Of a DNA stretch of 64,000 bases, positions 50,161 to 64,000 are shown piece after piece. Origin of the DNA: the human T2T-CHM13v2.0 reference genome, Homo sapiens; contig CP068257.2 of assembly GCA_009914755.4 (NCBI GenBank), forward strand, positions 36,736,001 to 36,800,000, in the 5' to 3' direction. The notes under the pieces were generated by a model. It did not search any database, had not been told where the DNA came from, and saw only the letters and a list, made by a program, of their open reading frames with translations. Within the stretch, counting starts at the first letter, position 1. Every line of letters starts with the position of its first letter. A program made the position numbers and the translations under genes.

Positions 50161-50911
50161 CCGTTCCCCCACTCCCACACTAACATCATGGGAAGCTTAT
50201 AACTATTTCCAGCAACCTGCTACTTGTTAGCATGTTAAAACCTACATGGGGGCCCGTCTTTAATTCAGGGAAGAAGTGGTTGGGATGCCAGGCAAAGCAA
50301 TGGAGGAGAATTTATCCACCTCACTGTCTGTCACACTACTTCCTTCTCACCATGCTGGACGTTGTAGAAATTAAAGCATGCAGCAAACATTCTGGATTCA
50401 TGCCAACATGCCATCCCTTTCTGTCAGGTTAAGCCGAATCACATGATACAAAGTGAAAACTTCCCTTGTTCTGTGCTCAGGTTAGAATATAAAGTGGGGC
50501 TTCATGTAGCTTTAGGGAGAATAATCCCCCTAATTCCTACGAAAGAGAAGCCTTAATGATTCTATTTTGATTCGGGGTATCATGGAGACTTAACTAATGT
50601 GTGACCAGTTAACGCTTCCTTTCCCCTTTGACATTCCATCTTCTTGGTCGCAGGACCCTGGAGGAGGCAGCTGAGTGTTGAAGTGAATTTTGGCTTCTCC
50701 TGAGAGCGCTGACTACTTCTCATCAGGTGATGTGGCCAGGGTGTTGCTCCCCTAAGTCATCACATACCAAGCATGTGGCTCCCTCGGATCCCCAGTGGGA
50801 ACTGGGCGAGGGCAGGAGGATGCTGTCGACACACCTGGTTGAACCCTCTGAAGCTCGGGTCATAAGAACCATAGCCACAGCCATCTATCCTTGGAGGAAG
50901 GGGGAGCTTAC

Positions 50912-51115
50912 TCTCTCTGAGGTAGTGGAGATGTGAGAGAAGGATGTCGGCGTTGTAGCTGGGGGTGAGCCTCTGGAAGTCGTCCTTGGTCATCTTGCAC
51001 AGTTCCTTCCCATCGATGTTCTGGAATAACAAGATGTTGACGTCTGGAAGGCCATATTCTTTCACCGCCCACTCCAGCCACTGCCGCACATGGTCTGTAC
51101 TCCATAGCGTAGGAT
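50912..51115 (-). CDS. ERG: ERG 204-bp coding exon encoding most of the PNT (pointed/SAM) domain
   Basis: Minus-strand translation reads (A)[68 protein letters not shown]. The acceptor is ccacccctttcag| (plus 51116-51118). The donor is AGAGAGA|gtaagc (plus 50910-50911). The length of 204 equals the ERG exon size I recall. Confidence 0.93.
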
Positions 51116-52376
51116 CTGAAAGGGGTGGGAACACATTCAGTCAATTCCTGAAGCCAGGGATCTTCATCTTGGGGTAGATCCCCATCCACGTGGGATTTCT
51201 GACCAGCTGCCTTCCACAAGCACAGCCTCCAGCCAGCCTCCCTGGCTACCCAGGAGAACATTTTGGGGGAAAGACAAAAGCTGCCTCACATCCATAGATC
51301 ATTGTCTTTAAAGTGAATAGTTCTGGAATCTTGGGATTATTCACATCACATGCCCTTGTTTTTGCTCAATCTAAAGTTTCCTGTAGGCATAAGATTTTAA
51401 AAATTCTTTTTTCTCATTTATGTTCAATTTTATTTATTTATTTTAAAGTGAGTAAGAATAAGAGGAAACTTCTTTTCCTTAGAAAACTACTGGTATATTT
51501 ATATATATTTATATGGAAATAAGAGTAAGCCACACATATCAGGAAGGTGCTAATTACAGATCACAACAACAACAAAAATAATAATAACAGTATTTATGCA
51601 AAATACTGAAAAATACTGACCACAGAATCGGAAATGAAATATAGATACACCAAGACTCTAGCCCCTCCTATGAGCCAGCGTTCCTCATAGAGAGCTGTCA
51701 GTTCCAGACTTTTCCTGCAGGGTGTTTGGTTTTGCAATTAACCAGCACCTGCAGGAGTGGGGTTGGTGAGTGGTTTTTGCATTCCACAGCTGGCCATGGC
51801 GAGCACAAACACCCCACAGGATGCAGGCCACGTCGTCACACTCCAGTGCTACCTATGGGACAGGGAGAGCAGGGCCCGGGGGAGAAGGAGCAGGTGATCT
51901 CCAACAGAAACGCCAGCCGGGATGTCCTGTGGTAAACACCCTCAGTGGTAGGGTCTTCAGAGTGTGGTAAATGGGGCGGCTGCTCCCTTGGGCCCCGAGC
52001 CCTGAGAGACACATGGGCAGGGAGTTGGAGCCCTGAGTTCTAATCCCACCATTTCTCCACTTTCTGGACCTTGCTGTGGGCAGCTATTTCTCCTTTCTGT
52101 GTCTGTCCCACCTGTAAACTAAGAGCACTGATCTCAGTTCCCGGGACAAGCCCTTAGGGGTCAGGCATGCCAGGATGTTCCAGTCCTCTTGAATGAAAGT
52201 CAGGTGTGGGAGTCACATTTTAGCTAATACTTTCAGATCCTTGTTTGTTTGGTCCCACTAATATTTTAGGCTACTCAAGAATGGAGCATGTAGTATGCTG
52301 CTGCAATACATTTTTAGGTTTGCAGAGGTAAACCGTAATAATAGTGAGAAACAGCCAGCCAGTCATACACCCAGAG

Positions 52377-52438
52377 TTCTCTTCCTCTCCCTCCTTCCCT
52401 CTTCCTTCCTTCGCTTCTCCCTCCCTTTCTTCCCTTCA
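52377..52438. repeat. CT-rich (polypyrimidine) simple repeat
   Basis: ttctcttcctctccctccttccctcttccttccttcgcttctccctccctttcttcccttc. Confidence 0.85.
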
Positions 52439-53287
52439 GCTACATAGAAGAAAGAAATTATTGCAGGTCCAGTAGAATCTACCTTTCCCATTCCATTCTC
52501 CTACTGCAAACACCTATCCTGAAGTTAGTAGCTAGTGGTTAGAAGTAACCACTATCCTGAAGTTAGTACGTGTATCACTCCTATACATATTTTAATATTT
52601 TTACCATTTAAACTACATATATTGTTTTGTGTTTTTAAAGTTAACATAAACGATATATGATTTGCTATTGGCACTCAATGTTATAATTTCAAGATGTAGC
52701 CAAGTGAATTCACAAAGATATACTCAATCATTAAGCAGCTCTTAGGCCTCCCCCATGTGAATAATCTCAATTTATTTAGTGAATGTCCCCTGTCCATCTC
52801 CATGCATACGCGTGAATGAGTCCGCATTGGTCCAGGGCCTGGGGTCCTTTCTGGAATCATCTGGGGAGACTGAAAAACTAGTGATGCCTGGTCTCCCCTG
52901 GGAGAGTCTGCTTCAATTAGGCTGGAGGGCAGTTGGGCATCACAGTTGATAACAGCTCCCCCAGGTGACTCTAATGAGCAGCCAAGGTTCAGATCATCTT
53001 CCCTGGGCCTCACTATTCCAAGCGTGGTCCTCCAACCGCGGAAGCATCAGCATCACCTGGGAGCTAATTAGAAATGCTGAGTCTCAGGCCCCACCCAGAC
53101 CTGCTGAACCAGAATCTACATTTTCACATGAAACCTGGGGACACGCTGGCCTTGGCTGAGTACCTAGATACGGGATTTCTGAGTTACAGGGCACATCCAT
53201 CTTCAACTTGACCAGCTAGCATTGGATGTCTACCAATATTTAAACACCCACATTCTCACTTAAAAATCAGTGCACAGGCCAGGCGCG

Positions 53288-53577
<290 letters not shown>

Positions 53578-55020
53578 TCATCAGTGCGCAGAACCTGAAA
53601 ACTAAAGGGAACTCTGGTTTTGCTACAGAGAGAATATCAACAAAAACTCCAACGGCAGTGATGACAGAAAAGTGTACATATTTATTTGTCATCCAAACAC
53701 TTGGAAACATGTTGTTAGTCTGTGAAAACTGAATGTAGATATGGAAGGTTAATGTTATCCAGTTCACTGAAGTTCAGATGACTCTTCGTCATTGGCTGAG
53801 AATTTGGCTTTCAGAGATAAAATGTTTCTTTTTTCATGACATGTCAGAATTCCTCTTTCTACAAAAATGGATCATACTGAGGTCTTAGGGCAAGTTCTCT
53901 TTACCTTTGGTTCTGTGCAGAGGATAGTTTGTTCAGCCCTCACAGAGAGAAGACCCCCCATCCTACCCAAGTCATTCCCTGTAAGTTCCATCCTTTGATG
54001 TTAGCGAAACCCACCTTTTTGTTTTGTTTTGCTTTGCTTTTAACAAAATGGGAGGACTATTTTTTTTTTAATGTAACAACTGTACTTCCTAGAAATAAGT
54101 TCATTCTGGGAACAGACTTTCTTCTCTAAATGGTGGAACCGGATATTCTCAAAATGACACATAAACATATTGTCTGAAAGCCACTAGGTTCGTGTTAAAA
54201 TGGTGAAAGGAGAAGTTTAATCTCTCTATTATCCCTTGGTGTGCCCCTTAATTGGTTTCGCTCATCAAGACTAGGGTTATCCTGGCCCATTCAGTTTTCC
54301 TTTAAGGGAATCAGGTGCAAGACCCCAGAGACAAAGTCCTCAACCTGTATTGTACTTATCTCTACAAGTCTCACTTTGAGTTGGTAAAAGGCTGTTCTGG
54401 AGTTCCGGAGTTCTGCCAATATGAGTATAAATTACTACAGCCTTTCTGATGAACAACACAATAATACAACAATACAACACAACAATACAATCAAACGTCT
54501 TTAAATATGTGCAGATTCCCTGGCTTAAAAATTCCATTTCTAGAAATTTATCCTAAGGAAATAATAGAGGATGTGCGCAATGATTTATTGTCAAGGATGT
54601 TCTTTGTAGTGTTGTTTATAATAGCAAAACATTGGAAACACCCTAAATGTCCAGCAAAAGAGAAGCAGTTTTGTAATGCATTTAGGAATGTTCCTGTGAT
54701 ATTTAGAGACTAAAAATTACACTGTTGAAATATATTTATTGATATGATAAAATGTTCAAAGTAGATTGCATTTTAAAGTTTCAAAATATTATTATGATAT
54801 CATTGTATTTTGCAAAGATATATAAATATCTGCACAGAAAGAAATTCAGAGGGAGATACAGCAAAATGTGAACTGTTGTCACTGAGGGAAAGGAGATGGG
54901 GAATTTTAGATTTGTCATTTTCACTAAACTATATTTTCTCATTTTTCTATAATAAATATGGAATACTTGGGTTACAAATTATTTATACAAAATGTATTCT
55001 CTATTTTTCAAAACCAAAAC

Positions 55021-55380
55021 ATGGTCTTACAAAAGGTATATATATATATATATATAATGTATATTATATGTATACTATATATCACCTATATATAATATAT
55101 GTGAAAGTATTTTTATAAAATACTTTAAATACTTTATAAAAAGTATTTTTTAAAAGTATAAAAAATAAAAGTAAAAAAACAAAAAGAAAAGTTAAAAAAA
55201 TGAAACTATGCAAAGCATTTTATAAAAAGTATAAAAAATAAAACTACTAAAATACTTTATAAAAATATTTTTATAAAATAATAAAATATATAATATATAT
55301 AGAATATATACTTACATATATGCTATATATACTACCTATATATAGTATATATGTGAAAGTATTTTTATAAAATTGCTGTC
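55021..55380. repeat. AT-rich low-complexity block made of a roughly 250-bp tandem duplication of (TA)n/(TAAAA)-like sequence
   Basis: A near-identical roughly 52-bp segment (tatatata..cctatatata.tatatatgtgaaagtatttttataaaat) sits at 55071-55122 and again at 55321-55372. Reiterated ataaaaagtat/aaaataaaa motifs lie between the two copies. Confidence 0.8.
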
Positions 55381-56545
55381 AAGAGTATAAAAAGTTAAGT
55401 TTCAGTTTCTTTTATATTTTGTTAATATAGACTGCTTCATCTGAAAAGAGTAAAATTACATGAAGTCAGAACACTCCCACATCCTTTTAGCATTTGATCT
55501 CCACACCTCTGCCCTATAAATTTCTAAGCAAACAATGGTGAAAACAAAACATGGCCACTCGGTAGAAGAAATGAGGGCATTCCTTTTCTCCTGAGCACTC
55601 GCACCACTCTCCCAGACCCACTCCGGAGGTGTTGCAATAGAGGACAGTTTGCAGGGGAAAAGCCCAGATTCCCCAGCATGAAGCACACAGTCCTTTGTTC
55701 CATGGGTGTCATTCCCAACCATTCCCCCTCCACCCTACATTTCCTGAGCCAATGCCTCCATGCCTGTGCCACATGCCACCCACAGCGTGAAGGACTAGCA
55801 CCTTCTTGTGCCCTCACCTACACTCACGACCTCCTTTGGGCATCTGTCCTAGATGTTCTCACAGAGGAAACACTTAACAAATCTCTGGGCAGTGAAGTGA
55901 TAACAAGACTGAAGACCTAGTCTCTGCTCACACTGAACTCCACCTCCACTACTTTGGCCAGGCAATGATGCTGCAGCTGTAGATGATGGTTTTTAGAGTT
56001 CAGGTCAGTGCACTGGGTCCAGGCTGTCAGGTTTTGGCCCTAACCTTTTAACTCCATGAAGAGCCCCAGTAGTCTCTCTAGTCTCCTCCACACTCCATGG
56101 TATCTCAGCAAAGCTTTATGGCTTCTGTCACGCCAGGAATCAAAGAAAGGGGCTCATGAGTTCCTATGAGATTCAGCAGGCCTGTCTTCCTCCTTTCTTG
56201 ACCCCAACCACACATGTGTAGGAGGAAGGGGAGGGGACTACAGCATAAGCCCCAGCCGAGGCATCACCTTTGCCTATGTTTAGGTGCGACCTTCTGCCCT
56301 AGGTAGGAACACCTCTTGTCTCCAGGTAGCAGTGTGTTTGGAACCTGTCATTTAATTTTATAACTGGACCTCATTTTTCTCTTCTGTAAAACAATGTGGA
56401 GAATTTCAGGACCTGAGAAATGACTCGAATAGGATAAGAACTAAGATAGATTTAATTCAAGTAAAAGTCATTAAGCATTATGCATATGGCTATATGCACC
56501 AGTACTATGGAGATTCCAAAGTGTCCAAGACCAAGAGAAACACTA

Positions 56546-57010
<465 letters not shown>

Positions 57011-58723
57011 TTAACAGCGAGGATTTTGACAGAAGTAGAGAGAAGCTCTTTGGTTTAGGGGAACCACTTAGCCCAGCCTCATCCGACATGGGCATGAAAT
57101 ATCTGACATGTTTAAGAAAAAGGGAGAAATTTGGTGTGGCTGCAGTAGAGGATTTCAGAGAGAGCACAGCAACACACGAGGATGGGGATGAAAGCTGGGC
57201 TCAGATCAACAAGGTCCTTGAGTCTTGCTAACAAGGTTGGATTTTCATTTTTAGAGATTTCAGAGTAATTGAAAATTTCTAAGAAATTTTTAAAAATCTT
57301 AAATAACACCAATCACAGAAAACTTGGTGATGAAAATAAAAGGCTTTATTGGGAATCCAAATACCCACATTGGGATTCTTATTCAACCATTTACTGGACG
57401 TAAACGTCAACCTCTCTGGAATTTGTTTTATATTTTTCTGTGGGTAATTAAATGAAATGTTAGGGGAATAGAAAAGTAAATGAGATAATGGATGTGAAAG
57501 CACTTTGCCAACAATAACATACTGCAAAAAAAGAATGCATCCACACACTCGATTTTGCATTGCAAACTCTGCTAAAATGGAATAAGAACAAAATCTGTTA
57601 TCACAGGGGCAGCCTCCTCCTTAAGACACAAAAGTCCAATTTATAATTTTATTTTAAGAAACTTTTGGAGATGCTTCTGTCAGATGAATCATAAGCCATT
57701 GAAGATAAGTTGTTCATTTTCAGCCTTCCATTCCAATTGTTTTGAAAACATCTGTGTCATCATTCTACATGTCATGGACACCAAAATGGTAAACTGTCAT
57801 GGCACAGGCTAAACAGAAGCCATCACTCTCTGAAGCCTCTTATTTGTATCTTAAGTTACATGGTTATTATGAAATCTACTTTGGTAAATTGGAATTTAAA
57901 AAATAAATAAAAGTAAACCATTACACACAGAGTTCTGGAGTTGTACTGTTAATGTACTCTGTATGTGGAGTGGGAGTGGGGGTATAAGCAGTGGGAGGGA
58001 GGGAGGAAGGCTGACATTTAAAAAAAATATTTCCATGAAACAGGATTCTGACCTAGTAGAGTTCCCCTGTTGCCAGGAAAATATTGAGTAGATATTTAAA
58101 TCAGGCAAAGGGGCACTGCATCGCCAAAGACAAACTGTGCCTTTGTGAAACAAAATGCCTCACACAGGCAAACATCTTCTTTCAGAGGCCCCTCTAGAGA
58201 AATGAATAAAGTAAGATTAAATAAAAGCCAAACTGGTGATAATGAAAGTCCTGAATGTTATTTTTCTTAAATAATATCAACGTAAAATATTGGCTTCCCA
58301 AAAGAAAAAAATTACTCTTGGTTATGAAAAAAACATCAAAAAATAAAAACTAAAATGTACCTCTAAGCCATATCACAAGCCTAGTGAGGTGTTTGTTTAT
58401 AAATCCAGGCCCTGGGCAAGTCAGCCAATCTGCTGTCCAAGACACTCATAAGCCTGCGAAAATAAGATTTAACATCTTGCATCCTCAGGAGGACAGAAGT
58501 TACATTTATAAAGCAGGCCCAATAGAGAGAACTGGCTTAAATTTGAGCAATGATTCACTCCATCACAAATGGAAATTTGATCTCAAATAAAGAGCCTACC
58601 TCAAGACTGTTTCTGAGCCTTTTAAATTTCTAACTTATATGTAGAGTTCATTTATTGTTTTGGTATTGATTTCTAATTTTATTGCACGTTGGCCAGTGAA
58701 TAGAGTCTGTATGAAATTAACAT

Positions 58724-59015
58724 TTTATTTTATTTTATTTTTTTGAGATAGTGTCTCGCTCTGTCACCTAGGCTGGAGAGCAGTGGCATGATCTGGGCTC
58801 ACTGCAACCTCTGCTTCCCAGGTTCAACTGCCTCAGCCTCCCGAATAGCTGGGATTACAGGCACCCACCACCATCCCGGCTAATTTTTGTATTTTTAATA
58901 GAGATGGGGTTTCACCATGTTGTCCAGGCTGATCTGGAACTCCTGACCTTAGGTGATCCACCCACCTCGGCCTCCCAAAGTGCTGGGATTGCAGGCGTGA
59001 GCCACCATGCCCAGC
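58724..59015 (-). mobile_element. Alu SINE, antisense, with a (TTTTA)n/poly-T head
   Basis: ttttattttattttattttttgagatagtgtctcgctctgtcacctaggctggagagcagtggcatgatctgggctcactgcaacctctgcttcccaggttcaactgcctcagcctcccgaatagctgggattacaggcacccaccaccatcccggc...gtgctgggattgcaggcgtgagccaccatgcccagc. Confidence 0.95.
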
Positions 59016-59279
59016 TGAAATTAGCTTTTTAAAAAGTTCCGGTTTGTTCCTCTTTTGGCGGCCTAGTGCATGGTCAGTTTTTATAAATGTTCCTTGATTG
59101 CTTAAGAAATGCATATTCTCTAATTTGGGAGTACAGAGTTCTAGAAAAAAAACTCTTGGTAAGGTGTATTTAATTTTAATGTCACTGACCTATCAATTAC
59201 TGAGAAATGCAAATTAAAATATCTCACTAAATTGGACTTGACTATTTCTTTTTGCAGTTCATTACATATTTCAAGGCTA

Positions 59280-61380
59280 TGTTATTAGGTACATATAAGT
59301 TTATCATTATTATATATTTGTCATGAATTTAGCCTTTTTTCACTATGTAATGACCCTCAATTATCTCCAGTTATGCTTTCTGCCTGAAAGTATATTTAGT
59401 CTGCTTTCTATTTCTATTTTTGTCAGCTTTTTAAAAATTCAATTTTCACTAGCGTATCTTATTCTGTCAACTCTCAATCTTTGTTTGTGCAAGATTTTTT
59501 TGTAAACAACCCATAACTGATTGTGGAGTATTTTTTAGTCTAGTCTATCACTCTCTGTCTTTAATGGCAAATTTGGTCTATCTACACTTATTATCACTGA
59601 TCTATCTGATTTTTACCATCTTATTTTGTGCTTTATGTTAAACTTTCTTAGTCCATTCTCTATTTCTCCTTGCCAAGTGTCTAATCAGATTGATCTACTT
59701 TTCTTCATTCACTTTTTTTTCTTTGTTTCTGTATTGGTTTTGCTCTTTGACATTCTAGTTCTCTTTCCTGTTAATCTTTAAACAAAATCTAAGTTTAATT
59801 ACCAGTAATTTAGAAAGCTTATACTTGAATCATCCATCTCTGATTTTACATGACAATGTTCCCTCATATTTTTACTCCACTGAATTTTCTACTCCCTACT
59901 TAGGGAGGCTGTGGTTGTCATTTTACAGCCATTTCTTTCTAGATCTACCCTCACCTTAATCAATTTCATTGCTCCCATTTCCTTCCTGTATCTCACTCCC
60001 TTCTTCTAGGATCCATTTTTTAAATTAAATCTTTTGTTATTATCTGAAGTGAGGTTCAATTAGCAACAAACTCTCTTTTTAACTCCTTCTTTTATGTTCT
60101 TCCTTAATATTTAAAAAGTTTATTTATTTTATACTCTTTATCCAATACTTTAATTATTTAACCTTCTGCTTAATCATGTTCATTGTTTCTGTTAAATCTT
60201 GGTTGGGGGAGATCTCTCTTCAGCTATTTTTTTGTAATTTGCGGGTGGCAGAGTCATCTTTAGCGGGTCTCTATCTGCAGGAATTCTGTACAGCGTAGGT
60301 TGAAGACATGTCTCTCCATGAAGATTTCGTATTTACTTCTGCCAGGTTTCCCAGATTATCACTAGCCCATGACCATTTTTCTGTATTAATTTCTCAGCCT
60401 TAGAGTTCCTGGCACACACTGTTGTGTGTATGGGGTGGGGACTCGGGTAATGACAGGCTCAGTTCCAATTCTCTGCTTTGTGGAAGCTCAAGATTTCATT
60501 CCTTGCCCCTAGTTGACCTTTAAAACCCAAATCTCTGCATTATAGCAACCTAGGACAACCAGGTGTCAACATAAGAATGTGCTGCTCTGCTCTATTCTCA
60601 CTTTTTTCCTTATTTTAGTCCCTAAGGAGTTCATTGCCTTTCTTCCCAGTTCAGCTGTGCATTTAAAAGGATATTAAACTCCATGCAGCAATTCCAGGTG
60701 TTTTGCAAAAGGAATGTTTCTCAGGTCCTTTTATAGTAACCTCTCTATTTTACTAGAACCAAGAGCCCTCTCTGCATACTTTTTACCTATTTACTTTGAA
60801 TAGTTTTCATTTTTAATGCAGCCATCATCCTAACTCATGTTATGCTTTACTTCATTCATTTATTAATTAATCAATTGTCAAAAATTACTTATATGAATTG
60901 TATAATCCTCTATGAAAGATTCAAAAATGGCAAGAAAGAGTGCCTGTCCTCTACTTGTTTGAGAATCTACAATTCTGTGTATTTTATTTAAAAATACATG
61001 ACTAAATTATTTTTGTTAGGCTCTAAACATAGCTTTGTCATTCTGACACACTGATTTATTTCTCTGGATGAAACCATTCTCAAGTAATCATCTTGTTTTT
61101 GGATAATGATCGTTATTGTTCTTTGTTTTCTTTTGTTGTTGTTGCCTCCTGTTAGTTATTCCATGACAACATTGTGTGTGCTCATCATGTTTTAGAAATG
61201 CAATGGCTTGTTCCACATAAAGGTTTCTCCCTGCCTGGGTTTTCTTTCTTTGTCTTCTCTTTAAATGTTGCTATCCCCAGAGTTTCATCCTTGGTCTACC
61301 CCTCTCCTCTCTCCATATGTATCTTTGGGCATTCTTATTTGCTCTCATGTTTGAACTATAACATGCATGCTGTATTATTT
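59280..61380 (-). repeat. AT-rich segment resembling old L1 (L1M-like) antisense internal sequence. Assignment is tentative.
   Basis: It contains long T-rich stretches with motifs typical of antisense L1 interiors, such as tttctatttctatttttgtcagc, ttctgtattggttttgctctttgac and ttcctgttaatctttaaac. There is no recognisable polyA or poly-T head. Confidence 0.3.
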
Positions 61381-62539
61381 TCCTAGGGCTGCCGTAACCA
61401 AGTACCACAAAATGTGTGGCTTAGAAACAACAGAAATTCATCGTCTCATAGTTCTGGAGGATCAAAGTCTGAAATCAAGGTATCAGCAAGGCCTTGCTCC
61501 ATCCGAGACTGTGGATAAAATCTGTCCTTGGCTCTTCTAGCTTCTGGTGCTGTCCAGCAATTGAATGTTCCATTGCTTGCAGTTGCATCAGTCCAACCTC
61601 TGCCTGTCTTCACATGGAGTTCTCCCTCTGTGTTTCCATATCATCTTCCCTCTGTGTGTGTCTATGTCCAAATTTCTCCTTTGTGTAAGGACACCAGTCA
61701 TTTTATTAGGCTCACCCTAATGACCTCATCTTAACTTGATTAAATCTGCAAAACCTCTATTTCCACATAAGGTCACATTCTAAGGAACTGGGGGTTAGGA
61801 CTTCAGCATATCTTGTGAGGGAGGCACAATTTTTTAACCTGTAACAGGCAGCTGTTTCTGCCAGTCTATATCTTGAGTCCCCAGGGCACTCTCACAGATG
61901 CCAGACCCAAATATAAACAGAAGAACTGCACTTTTTATCCCAGGTACTGTTTAAGCATGTCACACATATTGCTATATTTAATCCATATAGCACCACATGA
62001 AGTAGGAATTATTATCATCCATATTTTGGTGATGAAAAACCTGAGAAACAGCAAGATTAAGTAGCTTCCCAGATCCCACAGTTAGTACATGGCAGAGTTT
62101 AGAACTCAAGTGCTGTGACTCCCGATCAAGGACTTTCCATCCTGAGCTCTAGGCCCACCACACTGCCTGACAGGTGTCCCAGAAGCATCTTAAACACAGG
62201 ATGAACCAAACTGAAATCACCTATTTTAAACATTTTTTTTTTTGTATATTCATTAACACCTACCCAGCTGCTCATGCTAAATCTAAGCTGTCTTCAATTC
62301 CATTCTTCTCTTTGACTTTCAAGAAAAACAGATAACATCATTAGCACTGTAGAAATGTAAAAATTAGCCCTGGGCAACACAGTAGATTATTTTACAAAAT
62401 TCCCTCTCCACCTCCTTTGTTTACTTAAGTCTTATTTGAAAAGGCTGTTGCAGAATGTCTACAACAATTTAACAAACACATTCTCTCATCCCATTCCTGT
62501 GTTCTCCCCTGGGTATTTTTGTCAGCACAGCTTAGGAAG

Positions 62540-62770
62540 AAGAACCCAGACTGTGGAGTCAGAAAGAACTGGGTTCGAATCCTGGCTCTTCAAATGATTG
62601 GCTGTGACATATTTGGCAACTCTCTTAGCGTTCCTAGTTTTAGTTTCTTTACTGTCGAGTGAGAATGATAATGAGTACCTACATCATAGGGTGGTCGCAT
62701 GATTTAAATGAGATAATGCCTTTTCTACAAAGTGCATGTCCAAGTGCCTGACAACAGTGCATATCAATAG
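62540..62770 (+). repeat. MIR SINE
   Basis: gaactgggttcgaatcctggctcttcaaatgattggctgtgacatatttggcaactctcttagcgttcctagttttagtttctttactgtcgagtgagaatgataatgagtacctacatcatagggtggtcgcatgatttaaatgagataatgcc matches the MIR consensus, with a tRNA-like 5' region and the core. Confidence 0.75.
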
Positions 62771-64000
62771 ATAGTAGCTGTCGTTGCTTTTTAGAAAAAT
62801 GACTTGATTTTAGCCTCACATTTAACCCAATGGTGGTTTCCTCAACCGCTATTCAGCTGATAACTTTAAAATACACATAATAAACTTTGATGTTAGCATT
62901 TCTATTTTAGTGGGTTTTGTTATTTAGTTGTTTGAGCATAGCAGGAATTTAAACAGAAGATTAAAGAAGCATGTCCCATCATATCGACAGAGTGGAAGAG
63001 ATCCTCGGGTGTGTTCAGGGACGTAACAAAGAAAGATGAAGACACAAGTCATTTCACCAGCAGGTTCTGGGCCTGAGAATAGGCTCTGGTCTCACCCAGT
63101 TGTGCAAGTGTTCCCGGGAAAGTCATTTCACCTCTCTCAGTCTTGGTTTTCTCATGTTTAAAGGAAGACTGAACTTAGACCACCAAGAATCCTGCAACCC
63201 CTGCGAGTCTGCGATTCCTGCTAGTTAGATCTAGATTACTGTTAACTTGATAAATCACATTTACTCTCCTCCACACAGAATCCAAGTGCTGGCTGTGTTG
63301 TCTGGCGATTGAGAACACAAAAGACATGATCATCACCTCACTAAACTTACAATCTAATAGAACAGACAGGCTTATAAATAACTCACGCTAAGAGGATTGG
63401 AAACATAATATATCAGCCATCAGGGCTTGGTCGGAGGGTATGTTCTATTACTTGTTATTCACTGGCTTTCAAAGCCCAGTGGGGGAATGTCAATATTTAG
63501 GGAGGATCATGTGGAAACTATGCAGTCCTCTAACACTCTGAGAACTCAAGATCCCTTCTTTACATGAAATCAGACTGCCAAAGACTCATGCTGGGTGTCT
63601 GTCCTCTACCTGTGCTGAGCTATTCTCTAATGTAACTCAGCGCTCACAGAAGATGTCACAAGAAATAAGCTGTTGAAATGCAGTGCTGCAACTGTGGCAG
63701 GAAGACGGTCGATGGTCAGGTCTATGGCCCCAGTGGCCCCAAAAGGGATCCTTCTTTTAGGATTCTACACTATGATAAACATTGCCTTCCCTGTGAAACT
63801 TCTTTTTTGAAAGGAAAAATTATTTCCCCAAATAACTCTTTTCATTTTGGCTGCCAGGAAGCTCAAAGCCATACTAGAAACTTAAGTACAGCATCTTGGG
63901 CAAGCTTGTGGTCAAAATGGCTGCATTCTTCCCTCACATGCTCTTGGCTTCTCATTTGTATTTTTAACTGCCTTAGCACTGATTCCTAATTTCCATTTGA

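Noticed and set aside
50908-51261. A 117-aa minus-strand ORF overlapping the PNT exon in a different frame
   Set aside because: It is an alternate frame of the genuine ERG exon extended into the intron. The ERG frame is the one that matches the known protein, so this one is spurious.

Overview
This window is human (primate) genomic DNA, not prokaryotic or accessory sequence. The evidence is dense primate-specific repeats: nine Alu elements, several L1 3' ends, MIR SINEs, a THE1 (MaLR) solo LTR and simple repeats. It contains the 3' half of the ETS transcription-factor gene ERG (chr21q22), transcribed on the minus strand. Seven ERG exons are placed with exact matches to the ERG protein sequence, recalled from memory:

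- 204-bp PNT-domain exon, 50912-51115
- 81-bp cassette exon, 49963-50043
- 72-bp cassette exon, 47980-48051
- 69-bp exon, 39783-39851
- 57-bp exon, 39066-39122
- 48-bp exon, 38402-38449
- terminal ETS-domain exon, CDS 30812-31332, followed by a roughly 3.36-kb 3'UTR ending near 27452, just upstream of tandem AATAAA signals and an Alu

Positions 1-27450 are intergenic sequence downstream of ERG, and 51116-64000 is the large upstream ERG intron. There are no CRISPR arrays, operons or defence-island-like structures, and I found no evidence for a novel system. The second-look items are regulatory or structural: a roughly 120-nt polypyrimidine tract in front of the 81-bp cassette exon; a 70-codon intronic read-through ORF after the 72-bp exon (ERG8-like truncated isoform); uniformly phase-1 symmetric exons; a roughly 95-bp inverted repeat with an 868-bp spacer; a duplicated CA-repeat element expanded into a roughly 100-bp-unit minisatellite; and two CpG-retaining blocks in the downstream intergenic region. 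All coordinates were counted by hand from the printed sequence. Repeat family names come from memory of consensus sequences and should be confirmed with RepeatMasker.
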